64,000 bases of DNA from Alphaproteobacteria bacterium (lineage in GTDB: Bacteria; Pseudomonadota; Alphaproteobacteria; Rickettsiales; SXRF01): contig JAYULW010000065.1 in the NCBI GenBank assembly GCA_043763155.1, forward strand, positions 216-64,215, read 5' to 3'. The notes under the pieces were generated by a model that saw only the letters and a list, made by a program, of their open reading frames with translations, searched no databases and was not told the origin of the DNA. The position numbers and the translations under genes were made by a program. Of this stretch, positions 28,416-38,646 are shown piece by piece; position 1 is the first letter of the stretch, and each line of letters starts with the position of its first letter.

Positions 28416-30137
28416 ATGACCAAGACTTATGGCAAGTCCCGGCTGCCCAGCCGCCATGTTACCGAAGGCCCCGAACGCGCACCCCACCGCTCTTACCTGT
28501 ATGCCATGGGCATTACGGAAGCGGGTATTCAGGCGCCGCTGATCGGGGTTGCCACGACATGGAACGAAGCAGCGCCGTGCAACATCACGCTGGGCCGCCA
28601 GGCGCAGGTGGTAAAAAAGGGTGTTTCGGCTGCGGGCGGCACGCCGCGCGAGTTTACCACCATTACGGTGACCGACGGTATCGCCATGGGGCACCAGGGC
28701 ATGAAATCTTCGCTGGTGAGCCGCGAGGTGATTGCGGACTCGGTGGAGCTGACCATGCGCGGGCATAGCTACGACGCGCTGGTGGGGCTTGCGGGCTGCG
28801 ATAAATCGCTGCCGGGGCTGATGATGGCCATGGTGCGCTTGAACGTGCCTAGCGTGTTTATTTATGGCGGCTCGATCCTGCCGGGCAAGTTCAAGGGCAA
28901 GCAGGTGACGGTGGTTGACGTGTTTGAAGGCGTGGGCAAGCATAGCGCGGGCCAGATGAGCGACGAAGACCTGCTGGAGCTGGAGCAGGCCGCGTGTCCG
29001 TCTGCGGGTTCGTGCGGGGGCCAGTTTACGGCTAATACCATGGCGTGCGTGTCGGAGGCTATCGGCCTTGCGCTGCCGGGTTCGGCGGGTGCGCCGGCGC
29101 CTTATGAATCGCGCGATGCGTTTGCGTTTGAATCGGGACGGGCGGTGATGGAGCTGCTTAAAAATAAAATCAGGCCGCGTGATATTGTGACGCGCAAAGC
29201 GCTGGAAAACGCAGCGGCGATTGTTGCGGCTACGGGTGGCTCCACCAACGGGGCGTTGCATTTGCCTGCGATTGCGCATGAGTGCGGCATTGATTTCGAT
29301 ATGCATGCGGTGGGTGAAGTTTTCAAGCGCACGCCCTATCTGGCGGATTTGATGCCGGGTGGGAAATATACTGCGAAGGACATGTATGAGGCGGGCGGCG
29401 TGGAAGCCATCATGAAGACGCTGCTGGACGGCGGGTTTTTGCATGGCGACTGCATGACGGTGACGGGCAAGACGATTGCTGAGAACCTCAAGAATATAAA
29501 ATTGCGCACGGATCAGGACGTGATTTTCCCGTATAATAAACCCATCCGCGCCGAGGGCGGTGTGGTGGTGCTGAAGGGCAACCTTGCGCCTGAAGGCGCG
29601 ATTGTGAAGGTTGCGGGCCTGAAGGACCTTGTGTTCTCCGGCAAGGCGCTGTGCTTTGATTCTGAGGAAGAGTGCTTTGCGGCGGTGGACCAGAAGAAAT
29701 ACAGCAAGGGCGATATTCTGATCATACGCTACGAAGGGCCAAAAGGCGGCCCCGGCATGCGCGAAATGCTTTCGACGACGGCTGCTATTTATGGGCAGGG
29801 GAATGGCGAACATGTGGCGCTCATCACTGACGGGCGCTTCTCAGGCGGCACGCGCGGGTTCTGCATCGGGCATGTGGGGCCAGAAGCTGCCGTGGGCGGG
29901 CCGATTGCGCTTTTGAAAGATGGCGACAAGATTACCATTGATGCAACCAAGGGCACGATTACTGCCGAGGTGAGCGATGAAGAATTTGCCAAGCGCAAAA
30001 CCAGCTGGAAAGGCCGCAAAACCGACTATAACTCCGGCGCGCTATGGAAATACGCGCAAGGGGTGGGTCCGGCTGAAAAGGGTGCGGTGACGCATCCGGG
30101 CGGGGCAGCTGAAACGCATATTTACGCTGATATTTAG
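28416..30137 (+). CDS. ilvD: Dihydroxy-acid dehydratase
   Basis: IlvD/Edd signatures GCDKSLPG and TDGRFSGGT. Confidence 0.95.
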   Translation: MTKTYGKSRLPSRHVTEGPERAPHRSYLYAMGITEAGIQAPLIGVATTWNEAAPCNITLGRQAQVVKKGVSAAGGTPREFTTITVTDGIAMGHQGMKSSLVSREVIADSVELTMRGHSYDALVGLAGCDKSLPGLMMAMVRLNVPSVFIYGGSILPGKFKGKQVTVVDVFEGVGKHSAGQMSDEDLLELEQAACPSAGSCGGQFTANTMACVSEAIGLALPGSAGAPAPYESRDAFAFESGRAVMELLKNKIRPRDIVTRKALENAAAIVAATGGSTNGALHLPAIAHECGIDFDMHAVGEVFKRTPYLADLMPGGKYTAKDMYEAGGVEAIMKTLLDGGFLHGDCMTVTGKTIAENLKNIKLRTDQDVIFPYNKPIRAEGGVVVLKGNLAPEGAIVKVAGLKDLVFSGKALCFDSEEECFAAVDQKKYSKGDILIIRYEGPKGGPGMREMLSTTAAIYGQGNGEHVALITDGRFSGGTRGFCIGHVGPEAAVGGPIALLKDGDKITIDATKGTITAEVSDEEFAKRKTSWKGRKTDYNSGALWKYAQGVGPAEKGAVTHPGGAAETHIYADI

Positions 30138-30138
30138 T

Positions 30139-30813
30139 TTACGTACGCTTGCGCACGGGTGGCGCCACTAGCGCTTGCAGCGCATCTGTTGTCAGCACTG
30201 CAATGTATTCGGGCATGAAGTGAACGCTCTGGGCGGTTATGGGGTAGCGCTGCTCGATGGGCGGAATGGGCATATAAACCTCCCTGCCCTCTACCGACAC
30301 CACGGCCAGAAGCCCGCCGAATCCTGCGGCCCCTGCGAGTGCGCCCACAGCAATACGGCGGATCTTTTTTTCGTAAGGCTCGTCTTTTTGCAGCATGGAA
30401 TAAGCGCCTGTAGCGCCACCGCCCAGCAGCCCGCCCACGAACGCGCCCAGCGCAATATCAAACCCGCGGCGGGTCATGCGCGTATCTTCCAGATGCTTCA
30501 TCTGCGCCTCTACCCTTGGCTGATTGCGCAGCGCGATCACTTCGGCGCTGATGTCTTTGCTTACGTCATTGATGGTTTTGGCGATGTGGGTGGGCATGGG
30601 TTTGGTTATTTGCACCATGATGCCGTTGTTGGGGTGGGTGGCCCATGTGGCGAAGTCCTGCACCCCTTGCACGCCGTGTTGTTCGTAGATTTTCTGGAGT
30701 ACGACTACGCCTATGACCAACGAAGGGCTTTTGCCGCTATCAATTTCCGTGATCGCTTTGCCGATATCGGGGATGCCAAGGAGCTGCTTTTGCACTAGCT
30801 CAACTTTGGACAT
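30139..30813 (-). CDS. Hypothetical membrane protein (224 aa) with two Gly-zipper helices
   Basis: I chose ATG 30813 (MSKVELVQ...), 2 nt after the stop of the upstream ORF. TM segments are ALGAFVGGLLGGGATGAY and AVGALAGAAGFGGLLAVV. The Arg/Pro-rich N-terminal part of the 339-aa ORF is an out-of-frame reading of the neighbouring gene. Confidence 0.55.
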   Translation of the reverse strand: MSKVELVQKQLLGIPDIGKAITEIDSGKSPSLVIGVVVLQKIYEQHGVQGVQDFATWATHPNNGIMVQITKPMPTHIAKTINDVSKDISAEVIALRNQPRVEAQMKHLEDTRMTRRGFDIALGAFVGGLLGGGATGAYSMLQKDEPYEKKIRRIAVGALAGAAGFGGLLAVVSVEGREVYMPIPPIEQRYPITAQSVHFMPEYIAVLTTDALQALVAPPVRKRT

Positions 30814-30815
30814 GG

Positions 30816-31271
30816 TTAGCCGTGCGGGTTGCTGCGGGTGGGGCTTGCGGCCACGTCGTTGCGCTGGAGCCATTCGATGGCGCCGCGACCGCCGATGGTG
30901 ACTTCGCCGTCGCCTTCGCTGATGACGATGGCGCTTTTTTGCGGGTCGTGCGGGTTGTTCGGGGCAATGAAAGTATCCACCAGTTCGCGGATTTTGCCTT
31001 CGCGGTAATCGGCTATCACGGCGGGGTCGCGGGTGGCGATTTCGGGGCCGTTGCGGGTGTGGCTGGTTCTGCGCCAGAGGGCTTTTTGCATGCGGCCCAG
31101 CACAAGGTTCATGCCTGATTGCAGCAGGTAGGCCTGCTTTACGGCTTCGGGGCTGCAATGAAGTGCGATTTCGCCTGCTTTGGCAGTGCCTAATACGGCG
31201 GGGATTTGTTCGGCGCTAACGGAGCTTATATGTTCGAGCCCTTCAGGGGGAACATAGGGCTTGTCCGTCAT
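30816..31271 (-). CDS. Hypothetical protein (151 aa), translationally coupled to ntrX
   Basis: Its ATG shares 1 nt with the ntrX TAA stop (TAATG). I recognise no motif. Confidence 0.55.
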   Translation of the reverse strand: MTDKPYVPPEGLEHISSVSAEQIPAVLGTAKAGEIALHCSPEAVKQAYLLQSGMNLVLGRMQKALWRRTSHTRNGPEIATRDPAVIADYREGKIRELVDTFIAPNNPHDPQKSAIVISEGDGEVTIGGRGAIEWLQRNDVAASPTRSNPHG

Positions 31272-32662
31272 TAGCTGACCTTTTCCTCGGCGGCGTTGAT
31301 GCCCAGCATTTTCAGCTTACGGTGCAAAGCAGAACGCTCCATGCCCACAAACGACGACGTCTTGGAAATGTTGCCGCCGAAGCGTTCGATCTGGGCTGCG
31401 AGATATTGCTTCTCGAACAGTTCGCGCGCGTCGCGCAGCGCCATGGACATAATGTCGGCGTTGGTTTCGGGGCGGGCAAGCACGGGGTTGCTGGTCAGGA
31501 TTTCCGGCGGAAGTTCGTCGGCGCGGATGAAGTCCTTGCTGTCATTGGTCATGATGAGCAGCCATTCCATCATGTTGCGCAGCTGGCGCACATTGCCGGG
31601 CCAGGGGTAGGATTGCAGCATGGCCACCGCTTCTTCGGCGAGGTCGCGCACGGGCATGCCGGCCATTTCGGAGGCGCGCTTCAGGAAGTAGCGGCAGAGT
31701 TCGGGGATGTCTTCGCGGCGGTCTTTGAGTGCGGGCATGCGCAAAGGGACCACGTTCAGGCGGTAGTACAGATCTTCGCGGAAGCGGCCTGCGGCGATTT
31801 CGGCCTCTAAGTCGCGGTTGGAACCGGCGATAATGCGCACATCCACCTCAACGCGGCGGGTTCCGCGCATGCGGGTGAAGCTTTGCTCCTGCAGGGCGCG
31901 AAGCACTTTGCCTTGCGTTTCGAGCGGCATGTCGGCCACTTCGTCAATGAACAATGTGCCGTTGTGGGCGCGTTCAAATAAACCCAGTTTTTCGGCGCCG
32001 CCCGTGGGGTTGGAATCTTCGATGCCAAATAATTCGGCTTCGACGCGATCAGGCGTCAGGCCCGTTGCGTTCATCAGCACGAAGTTGCCAGCGGAGCGCG
32101 GCGACTTGGCGTGGATGAGGCGGGCGAGCATTTCCTTGCCGGTTCCGGGAGCGCCGGTGATGAGGATGCGGCTGGAGGTGGGCGCGATTTTTTCCAGCGA
32201 CAGGCGAATCTGCTGGATGGATTGCGAGTTGCCGTTGAGCTGCATTTCCAGCTTGCCGCGGGCTTTCAGCTCGATGTTTTCGCTGCGCAGGCGGGCATGT
32301 TCCAGCGCGCGGGCGACCAGCAGCAGGAGGCGGTCTTCCTTGAAGGGTTTTTCGATGAAGTCATACGCGCCCATTTTGATGGCGCTTACGGCGGTTTCGA
32401 TGTTGCCGTGGCCGGAGATCATGATGACCGGCATGTGGGGATATTTTTTCTTTACCAGCTCAAGAATGCCGAGGCCGTCGAGTTCGCTGCCTTGCAGCCA
32501 GATGTCGAGGACCAGCACGGAGGGGACGCGCTCAGCAATGGCTTTGAACGCGGTGTCGCTGTTATGCGAGGTGCGGGTGGCGTATTTGGCATCTTTTAAG
32601 ATATCGGAAATCAGGTCCCGGATATCGGCTTCATCATCAACGATCAGAATGTCTGCGGTCAT
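31271..32662 (-). CDS. ntrX: Response regulator NtrX (receiver + AAA+ domain without GAFTGA + HTH)
   Basis: Receiver ILIVDDE...LDIWL and Walker A GAPGTGKE. The loop reads ELFGIEDSNPTGGAE instead of GAFTGA. It lies downstream of ntrY. Confidence 0.9.
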   Translation of the reverse strand: MTADILIVDDEADIRDLISDILKDAKYATRTSHNSDTAFKAIAERVPSVLVLDIWLQGSELDGLGILELVKKKYPHMPVIMISGHGNIETAVSAIKMGAYDFIEKPFKEDRLLLLVARALEHARLRSENIELKARGKLEMQLNGNSQSIQQIRLSLEKIAPTSSRILITGAPGTGKEMLARLIHAKSPRSAGNFVLMNATGLTPDRVEAELFGIEDSNPTGGAEKLGLFERAHNGTLFIDEVADMPLETQGKVLRALQEQSFTRMRGTRRVEVDVRIIAGSNRDLEAEIAAGRFREDLYYRLNVVPLRMPALKDRREDIPELCRYFLKRASEMAGMPVRDLAEEAVAMLQSYPWPGNVRQLRNMMEWLLIMTNDSKDFIRADELPPEILTSNPVLARPETNADIMSMALRDARELFEKQYLAAQIERFGGNISKTSSFVGMERSALHRKLKMLGINAAEEKVS

Positions 32663-32702
32663 AGGTCTCTGCGATCAGGAATTTTTTTGATTATGGAGTG
32701 AT

Positions 32703-34883
32703 TTAGCTTGCGGCATTTATATCACAGTGTTGCAAAAAAGAAAGTGTTACTCGCGCTCCACCACTAGGAATATTTTCTATATTTAACTGCCCCTTATGGT
32801 CGTCTATGATTTTTTTGACGATAGACAGGCCCAGTCCGGTTCCCTTGGTGCGGGTGGTGACATATGGCTCCAGCATCTGCTGCATGCCGCTTGCGGGGAA
32901 GCCCGTGCCATTATCTTCAACTGCAAGGATAATTTTGCCGTCTTTGCAGGTCAGGCTCAAGGAAATACGCCCTTTTTCGGGGGTTTCTTCGGCGCTTTGG
33001 CGGGCCTCGATGGATTCGGCGGCATTTTTCAGCACATTGGTCATCACTTGCGTGATCTGGCGCTCGTCGCAGCTCATGGGAAGCTGGTCGGGCAGCTCCT
33101 GTGAATAATCAATGCCGGGGTTGGCGACTTGTGCGGAGAACACCGCTTTTTTCACGATTGCGGATAAATCTTCACCTGCAAAACGCGGGGTGGGCATGCG
33201 TGCGAAAGATACGAATTCTTCCACCATTTTGCTGATGTCGCCGACATGGCGCACGATGGTGTCGGTGTATTTTACGAAGGTGTCCTGATCCTCAGTAATG
33301 AACCTCAAATATTTGCGCTTCAGGCGCTCGGCGGAAAGCTGGATGGGGGTGAGCGGGTTTTTGATTTCATGCGCAACGCGCCTTGCGACGTCGGCCCATG
33401 CGGCATTGCGCTGTGCGGCGACCAGCAGCGAAATATCGTCGAAGGTTACGATGAACCCTTCGATTTGCGTGTCGAACTGCTCGACGGTAACGCGCACATG
33501 CAGCGTCAGGGTTTTACCGTTATTATTGAGCGTAAGGGTTGCCTGAGCGATGTCGCCGGGCAGGTCTTCGGCGTGTTGCAGCGAGTCCTGAATGCCGGGA
33601 AGCACGTCGGCGATCACGGATTCAGGGGTAATGGTGAGGTCAATTTTGTTCAGGATGCTGAGCGCGGAGCGGCTAAACAGGGTGATGTTCTTCTGGCTGT
33701 CGAGGGCGATCACGCCTGCGGAAACGCCTGCCAACACCGCTTCGCTGAAGCGGCGGCGCTCGTCTAAACTACGGTTTGCGAAGATCAGGTCGGAGCGCTG
33801 GGCTTCGAGCTGTTCGGTCATGCGGTTGAAGGAGCGGCTGAGGGTTGCCAGCTCGTCTTTTTGCGAATTGCCGTCAATTACGCGGGCGGAAAAATCGCCG
33901 CCACGCACGCGCTCTGCCGCCAGCACTAAAGCTGAAATGGGCTTGGTGAGCCGGGCGGCGAACACCATGCCGTACCAGATGGAGGAAAGTAACAGCAGTA
34001 ATGTGAGGACGACGAACACCATCTCGAACGTGGTTTCCAGATTATCGAGATGGCTTTTGAGGGTGTTGTATTCATTCACCGCGCCTTGAGTGTGCTCCAT
34101 GTGGGCGAGTACTTTATTATCAATAAGGCGGCCCACCAGCAGGTAGGTGTTTTCCAGCCCTTCGAGCTTCATGAGCGCTCGCACTTTGTCGTATTCAGTA
34201 TTTAAGATAATCACGTCGCCTTTGTCGGCGCGCTCCAGCAGGTCCTGGGGTATATGCTCGAAGGCGAGTGCGAAGCTGAGCCTTCCTTGCGCGATGATGC
34301 GGTTGCCCTGGAAAACGATGGCTTCGGTCAGGTTGCGCAGTGCCGATTGCGTGCCCACGATGCGGTTAAATTCCATGGGGTCGGAAAGGGCTAAATTGCT
34401 TACCTGATTCAGGTCGTTTGCCATGGCCAGCGCGTCGGCGCGGATGTTTTCCTTGTGTTCGGAGAGGTAGGCTTCGGCCACTGCCAGAGACTCATTCACC
34501 GCCGTTTGCACACGGTCGTTAAACCATGTCTGGATGCCGAGATTGAAAAAGAGCGCTGCGAAAATGGAGACGATGATGGTGGGGGTGATGGTGACGATTG
34601 AGAAGAGCAGCAAGATGCGCTTTTGCAGTTGCGAGCCGGTGGAGCCTGCGCGAAGTGACGCCCAGAGGTTATAGATGCGCCGCGCAATGATGGCGACCAG
34701 CACCATAAGCAGCGCGATGTCTACCGACAGGAATGTGAGTACCCGTTTGGGCTTCAGGCTGATATGGCCCGCGTCGCCGGAGATAACCATGTAGGTGGAG
34801 ATGCCCGCGACGAAGGCGGCGAATACCATGATAATCGCGACGTTGCGGTAAAGCCATTGGCGAGGGTTGGGAAGAACGAGCAT
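32703..34883 (-). CDS. ntrY: Sensor histidine kinase NtrY
   Basis: N-terminal TM helices, HAMP and PAS regions, H-box VAHEIKNPLTPIQLSAERL, and an ATPase domain with GTGLGLSIVKKI. Confidence 0.9.
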   Translation of the reverse strand: MLVLPNPRQWLYRNVAIIMVFAAFVAGISTYMVISGDAGHISLKPKRVLTFLSVDIALLMVLVAIIARRIYNLWASLRAGSTGSQLQKRILLLFSIVTITPTIIVSIFAALFFNLGIQTWFNDRVQTAVNESLAVAEAYLSEHKENIRADALAMANDLNQVSNLALSDPMEFNRIVGTQSALRNLTEAIVFQGNRIIAQGRLSFALAFEHIPQDLLERADKGDVIILNTEYDKVRALMKLEGLENTYLLVGRLIDNKVLAHMEHTQGAVNEYNTLKSHLDNLETTFEMVFVVLTLLLLLSSIWYGMVFAARLTKPISALVLAAERVRGGDFSARVIDGNSQKDELATLSRSFNRMTEQLEAQRSDLIFANRSLDERRRFSEAVLAGVSAGVIALDSQKNITLFSRSALSILNKIDLTITPESVIADVLPGIQDSLQHAEDLPGDIAQATLTLNNNGKTLTLHVRVTVEQFDTQIEGFIVTFDDISLLVAAQRNAAWADVARRVAHEIKNPLTPIQLSAERLKRKYLRFITEDQDTFVKYTDTIVRHVGDISKMVEEFVSFARMPTPRFAGEDLSAIVKKAVFSAQVANPGIDYSQELPDQLPMSCDERQITQVMTNVLKNAAESIEARQSAEETPEKGRISLSLTCKDGKIILAVEDNGTGFPASGMQQMLEPYVTTRTKGTGLGLSIVKKIIDDHKGQLNIENIPSGGARVTLSFLQHCDINAAS

Positions 34884-34888
34884 GGCCC

Positions 34889-36349
34889 CTACCCTGCCAT
34901 CAGCATGTCTACGTCCACACCAAGGTCGGCGATTTTCTTGCGCAGGGTGTTACGGTTGATGCCCAGCACGAAGGCAGCCTTCACCTGATTTCCGCCCGTT
35001 GCGCGCAGCGTCATTTCAATCAGGGGTTTTTCCACCAGCGGCAGGATGCGGTCATACAGCCCCGGCGGTGGCAGCTCGTCGCCGATGTGGGCGGCGAAAT
35101 ACTGGCGCAGGTGGGCCTCCACATTTTTTTCCAATGTGCCGGACTGGGTTTCGCCGGGGGATTCCTTGTGGCCTGCGTTTACTTCATCGAGAAAGCTTTG
35201 CTTGGCGATGATGCTTTCGGAATAGAGCGCCGCGAGGCGGTACATCATGTTTTCCAGCTCGCGCACGTTGCCCGGCCAGTTATGGGCTTGCATGGCCTGA
35301 ATGGTTTCGGCGTCGAGGATTTTGGGCGAGAGGCCTTTATCGCTGGCTTTGCGCAGGAAATACTGGGCCAGCGGGGCGATGTCTTCCTTGCGTTCGCGCA
35401 AGGGCGGTACGCGGATGGGAACCACGTTCAGGCGGTAGTATAAATCTTCGCAGAACTGGCCGGCTTTGACGAGCTGGATGAGATCGCGGTGGGTGGCGCA
35501 GATGATGCGGACGTTGGTTTTGATGAGGCGGGTGCCGCCTACGGTGATGTATTCACCTTGCTGGAGTACGCGCAGGAGTTTGGTTTGCGCGTCCATAGGC
35601 ATGTCGCCGATTTCGTCGAGGAACAGGGTGCCGCCTTCGGCTTGCTCGAACTTGCCGGATTTGCGGGCCTGTGCACCCGTGAAGGCGCCCTTCTCATAAC
35701 CAAACAATTCGGATTCCACCAATTCACGGGGGATGGCGGCCATGTTGATGGCGACGAAGGGGGCTTTTTTGCGTTTGCCGAGCTGGTGCAGCGCGCGGGC
35801 CACGAGTTCTTTGCCGGTGCCGGATTCGCCGATGACAGTGACGGTGAGGTCATTGTTTACGAGCCTTGCCAGCGAGCGGTAAATTTCCTGCATGGCGGGG
35901 GATGTGCCGATGAAATGTTCGGCGTCGCGGATTTCTTCTTCCTGTTCCTTGAGCGAGGCTTCGGAACCTTTGCCGGAGGTGAGCAGGGATTTTTCGACAT
36001 AATCCTGCAATACATTCAGGTCGAAGGGCTTGGGCAGGAATTCGTATGCGCCCACCTGATTGGCCTGCACTGCGGTCATGAGGGTGTTTTGCGCGCTGAT
36101 GACGATGACGGGCAGGTCGGGGCGGGCTTTGTGGATGTCGGGCAGCATGTCGAGGCCGTTGGTGTATGGTGCGGGTACGGGCATGCGCACATCGGTGATG
36201 ACCACGTCGCCAAGGCCCTGGCGCACCCACTCCATGAGCTGTTCGCCGTGGTGGGCGACCATGGGTTCCCAGCCGCGCTTCTTGATGGCGTGGGACAGCA
36301 CCGTGCAGATGGCTTTGTCGTCGTCAGCGATCAGGATGGTGGGCGTCAT
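34889..36349 (-). CDS. ntrC: Sigma54-dependent response regulator NtrC
   Basis: A receiver domain, Walker A GESGTGKE, GAFTGA, and a C-terminal Fis-type HTH. Confidence 0.95.
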   Translation of the reverse strand: MTPTILIADDDKAICTVLSHAIKKRGWEPMVAHHGEQLMEWVRQGLGDVVITDVRMPVPAPYTNGLDMLPDIHKARPDLPVIVISAQNTLMTAVQANQVGAYEFLPKPFDLNVLQDYVEKSLLTSGKGSEASLKEQEEEIRDAEHFIGTSPAMQEIYRSLARLVNNDLTVTVIGESGTGKELVARALHQLGKRKKAPFVAINMAAIPRELVESELFGYEKGAFTGAQARKSGKFEQAEGGTLFLDEIGDMPMDAQTKLLRVLQQGEYITVGGTRLIKTNVRIICATHRDLIQLVKAGQFCEDLYYRLNVVPIRVPPLRERKEDIAPLAQYFLRKASDKGLSPKILDAETIQAMQAHNWPGNVRELENMMYRLAALYSESIIAKQSFLDEVNAGHKESPGETQSGTLEKNVEAHLRQYFAAHIGDELPPPGLYDRILPLVEKPLIEMTLRATGGNQVKAAFVLGINRNTLRKKIADLGVDVDMLMAG

Positions 36350-36412
36350 GGTTTATCCTTGGTTGCGCGGTAGTTTCGTGCGTTAGCGGCGCTGTGTCAA
36401 CCTCTTACACTA

Positions 36413-37501
36413 TTAAGTAGCACAGGCTAATGATACGTTGAACTTGGCGCCGAAGCTGGAATCCTTGTCCAGCTCCACCACAGCGCCCAGATCGGAAGCG
36501 ATTTTGGCCACAATGGCCAGCCCAAGCCCCCTGCCCTCTTCTTTTGAAGAGATGAAAGGCTCGAATAAGCGGTTGCGCATGTCTTCGGGGATGCCTGCGC
36601 CGTTGTCCTCGATGCTGACCATGATGGGGAGCGACACGCGCTCTTCGGATTTGCCGAGTTTGTAGCGATAGCCGCTGCGGTAGGCGGTGGTGAGGGTGAT
36701 GGTTGCGTCTTTCACATTCGCGATGGCTTCGGCAGAGTTTTTGATGACATTCAGGAACAGCTGCACCAGCAGGTCGCGGTGGCTCAGCACCAGCGGGAGC
36801 GAGGGATCGTAGAGTTCGCGGAAGGTGACGTGGGCGGCAAAGCCGGTTTTGGCAATGGAGATGACGTATTGCAGCACTTCGTGGATGTTTACGGGCTGTA
36901 ACTGGCCGGGCACGCCGCCTGCGAAGACTTCCACCTGCGCCAGCAAATCGCGCACGCGGTCTACTTCGAGGCAGATTAAATCGGTGAGCGGCTGGTGTTC
37001 GGCGGGCACTTCGTCGCGCAATAGCTGGGCTGCACCGCGAATGCCGGAGAGCGGGTTTTTGACTTCATGGGCAAGCATTGCGGCCATCACGCCTGCGGTG
37101 CGGGTGGCTTCCTGTTTCCATTCGCTGGCGGCCACGCGGTCTAGGCCGTCGGCTTTTTCGATGGTGATGAGGAGCTGCGTTGCGGCCTTTTTTTCGCTGT
37201 CGTAAAGCGGGGTGAGATGCACAGTGGCAATGCGATGATTCTGCGGTAGCGGGATGGTGCGTTCAAACAGGCTCATGCCCTCGCCTTCGCTCATCGAGCG
37301 GGCGCACAAGGCACACAGTTCTGCGTCGAAACCGGGAAGCGCGGAAAGCTGCTTGCCGCTGGCCTGGGATGCGGAAAAGCCAAAGAAATTTTCGGCTGTG
37401 GGATTTACGAACTCTACTTCCAGCGCAGCGTTTAGCGCTAAAATCGCGGATGGCAAAGCATTGAGATACGTGAGCGCGGAGGATGGTTCCGGCTGCTTCA
37501 T
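36413..37501 (-). CDS. ntrB: Nitrogen-regulation sensor histidine kinase NtrB
   Basis: A PAS domain, H-box [20 protein letters not shown], and G-box GRGLGLAIV. Confidence 0.9.
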   Translation of the reverse strand: MKQPEPSSALTYLNALPSAILALNAALEVEFVNPTAENFFGFSASQASGKQLSALPGFDAELCALCARSMSEGEGMSLFERTIPLPQNHRIATVHLTPLYDSEKKAATQLLITIEKADGLDRVAASEWKQEATRTAGVMAAMLAHEVKNPLSGIRGAAQLLRDEVPAEHQPLTDLICLEVDRVRDLLAQVEVFAGGVPGQLQPVNIHEVLQYVISIAKTGFAAHVTFRELYDPSLPLVLSHRDLLVQLFLNVIKNSAEAIANVKDATITLTTAYRSGYRYKLGKSEERVSLPIMVSIEDNGAGIPEDMRNRLFEPFISSKEEGRGLGLAIVAKIASDLGAVVELDKDSSFGAKFNVSLACAT

Positions 37502-38532
37502 GCGGCGCAGGAATAGCCTTCGTCGCCTTCACAGAGGGCGGCGGTGGCTTCCACGGGCTTGTCCAGCACCGACGCATAAAACGCGAGGACTTCTTCCTTC
37601 ACGCGGTCGGGGTCGTGCATGGTGTTGATGCGCTGGCGGTATGACGAGGAGTCGAACAGGCCGTTGGAATACCAGCCGAGATGCTTGCGCGCGATCATCA
37701 CGCCATTGGTTTTGCCGTAATGGGTGAGGATGTCTTCGTAATGTTCCAGCACGGTTTGGGCCTGCTCGGTGAGCGTGGGCGCGGCGATGCGTTCGCCGGT
37801 GCGCAAATAATGCGCCACTTGGGCGGGGAACCACGGGCGGCCATAGGTGCCGCGACCGATCATCACGCCATCGGCGCCGGACTGGGCGAGCGCGGCGTCC
37901 ACGTCGTCAAAATTATTGATGTCGCCATTGGCCAGCACGGGGATTTTTACGGCGTCTTTAACGCTACGGATAAAGCTCCAGTCGGCGTGGCCCTTATACA
38001 TCTGGCAGCGGGTGCGGCCATGCACGGTGAGCATTTGTATGCCCACGTTTTCGGCGTGTTTGGCGAGGCTTGCGGCATTGCGGGAGTTATCGTCCCAGCC
38101 AGTGCGCATTTTCATGGTCACGGGGATTTTCACCGCTTTCACGATGGCTTCCATGATGGCGGTGGCGAGTTTTTCGTCGCGCATCAGGGCGGAGCCGGCG
38201 TTGCCGCCCACCACTTTTTTCACAGGGCAGCCGAAATTGATGTCAATGATGTGTGCGCCACGGTCTTCGTTCATCTTGGCGGCTTCGGCCATCACTTCGG
38301 GGTCGCAGCCTGCAAGCTGCACGGCAAACGGCGTTTCCATGGGGTCGAAGCTGGTCATGCGCTGGACGTTGTGGTTGTCAATCAGCATGGCGCGGCTGGC
38401 GATCATTTCCGATACGACCTGGCTTGCGCCGTAGCGCTTCACCAGACGGCGAAACGGCAAATCGGACACGCCGGTCATGGGCGCAAGCCATACCGGGTCG
38501 TTTACCTGAATCGGGCCAATCGAAATTGCCAT
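37498..38532 (-). CDS. dusB: tRNA-dihydrouridine synthase (NifR3/DusB)
   Basis: Motifs [13 protein letters not shown] and DINFGCP. I chose ATG 38532 (MAISIGP...). The stop overlaps the ntrB start by 4 nt. Confidence 0.9.
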   Translation of the reverse strand: MAISIGPIQVNDPVWLAPMTGVSDLPFRRLVKRYGASQVVSEMIASRAMLIDNHNVQRMTSFDPMETPFAVQLAGCDPEVMAEAAKMNEDRGAHIIDINFGCPVKKVVGGNAGSALMRDEKLATAIMEAIVKAVKIPVTMKMRTGWDDNSRNAASLAKHAENVGIQMLTVHGRTRCQMYKGHADWSFIRSVKDAVKIPVLANGDINNFDDVDAALAQSGADGVMIGRGTYGRPWFPAQVAHYLRTGERIAAPTLTEQAQTVLEHYEDILTHYGKTNGVMIARKHLGWYSNGLFDSSSYRQRINTMHDPDRVKEEVLAFYASVLDKPVEATAALCEGDEGYSCAA

Positions 38533-38646
38533 TGTTTTTTGCTCTGTTATTTTGCCATAAGGGGCGCTAAAGTGCTGCCAAATCTGCCGCACTCTATAGC
38601 TTAGCGGGCCACTATTTTCAAGGAATTAGGAGCAATTTCTCCGCGC

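Noticed and set aside
28401-29813. A 470-aa ORF antisense to ilvD, with Arg/His-rich low-complexity content
   Set aside because: It lies entirely inside the well-supported ilvD gene on the opposite strand. Long stop-free antisense frames are expected with a strong GC3 bias. The composition (R/H/A/Q-rich) is typical of such shadow ORFs.
30814-31158. The Arg/Pro/His-rich N-terminal 115 aa of the 339-aa ORF 30139..31158
   Set aside because: This part is an alternative-frame reading of the 151-aa gene (30816..31271). The plausible protein starts at ATG 30813 (MSKVELV...), directly after that gene's stop.
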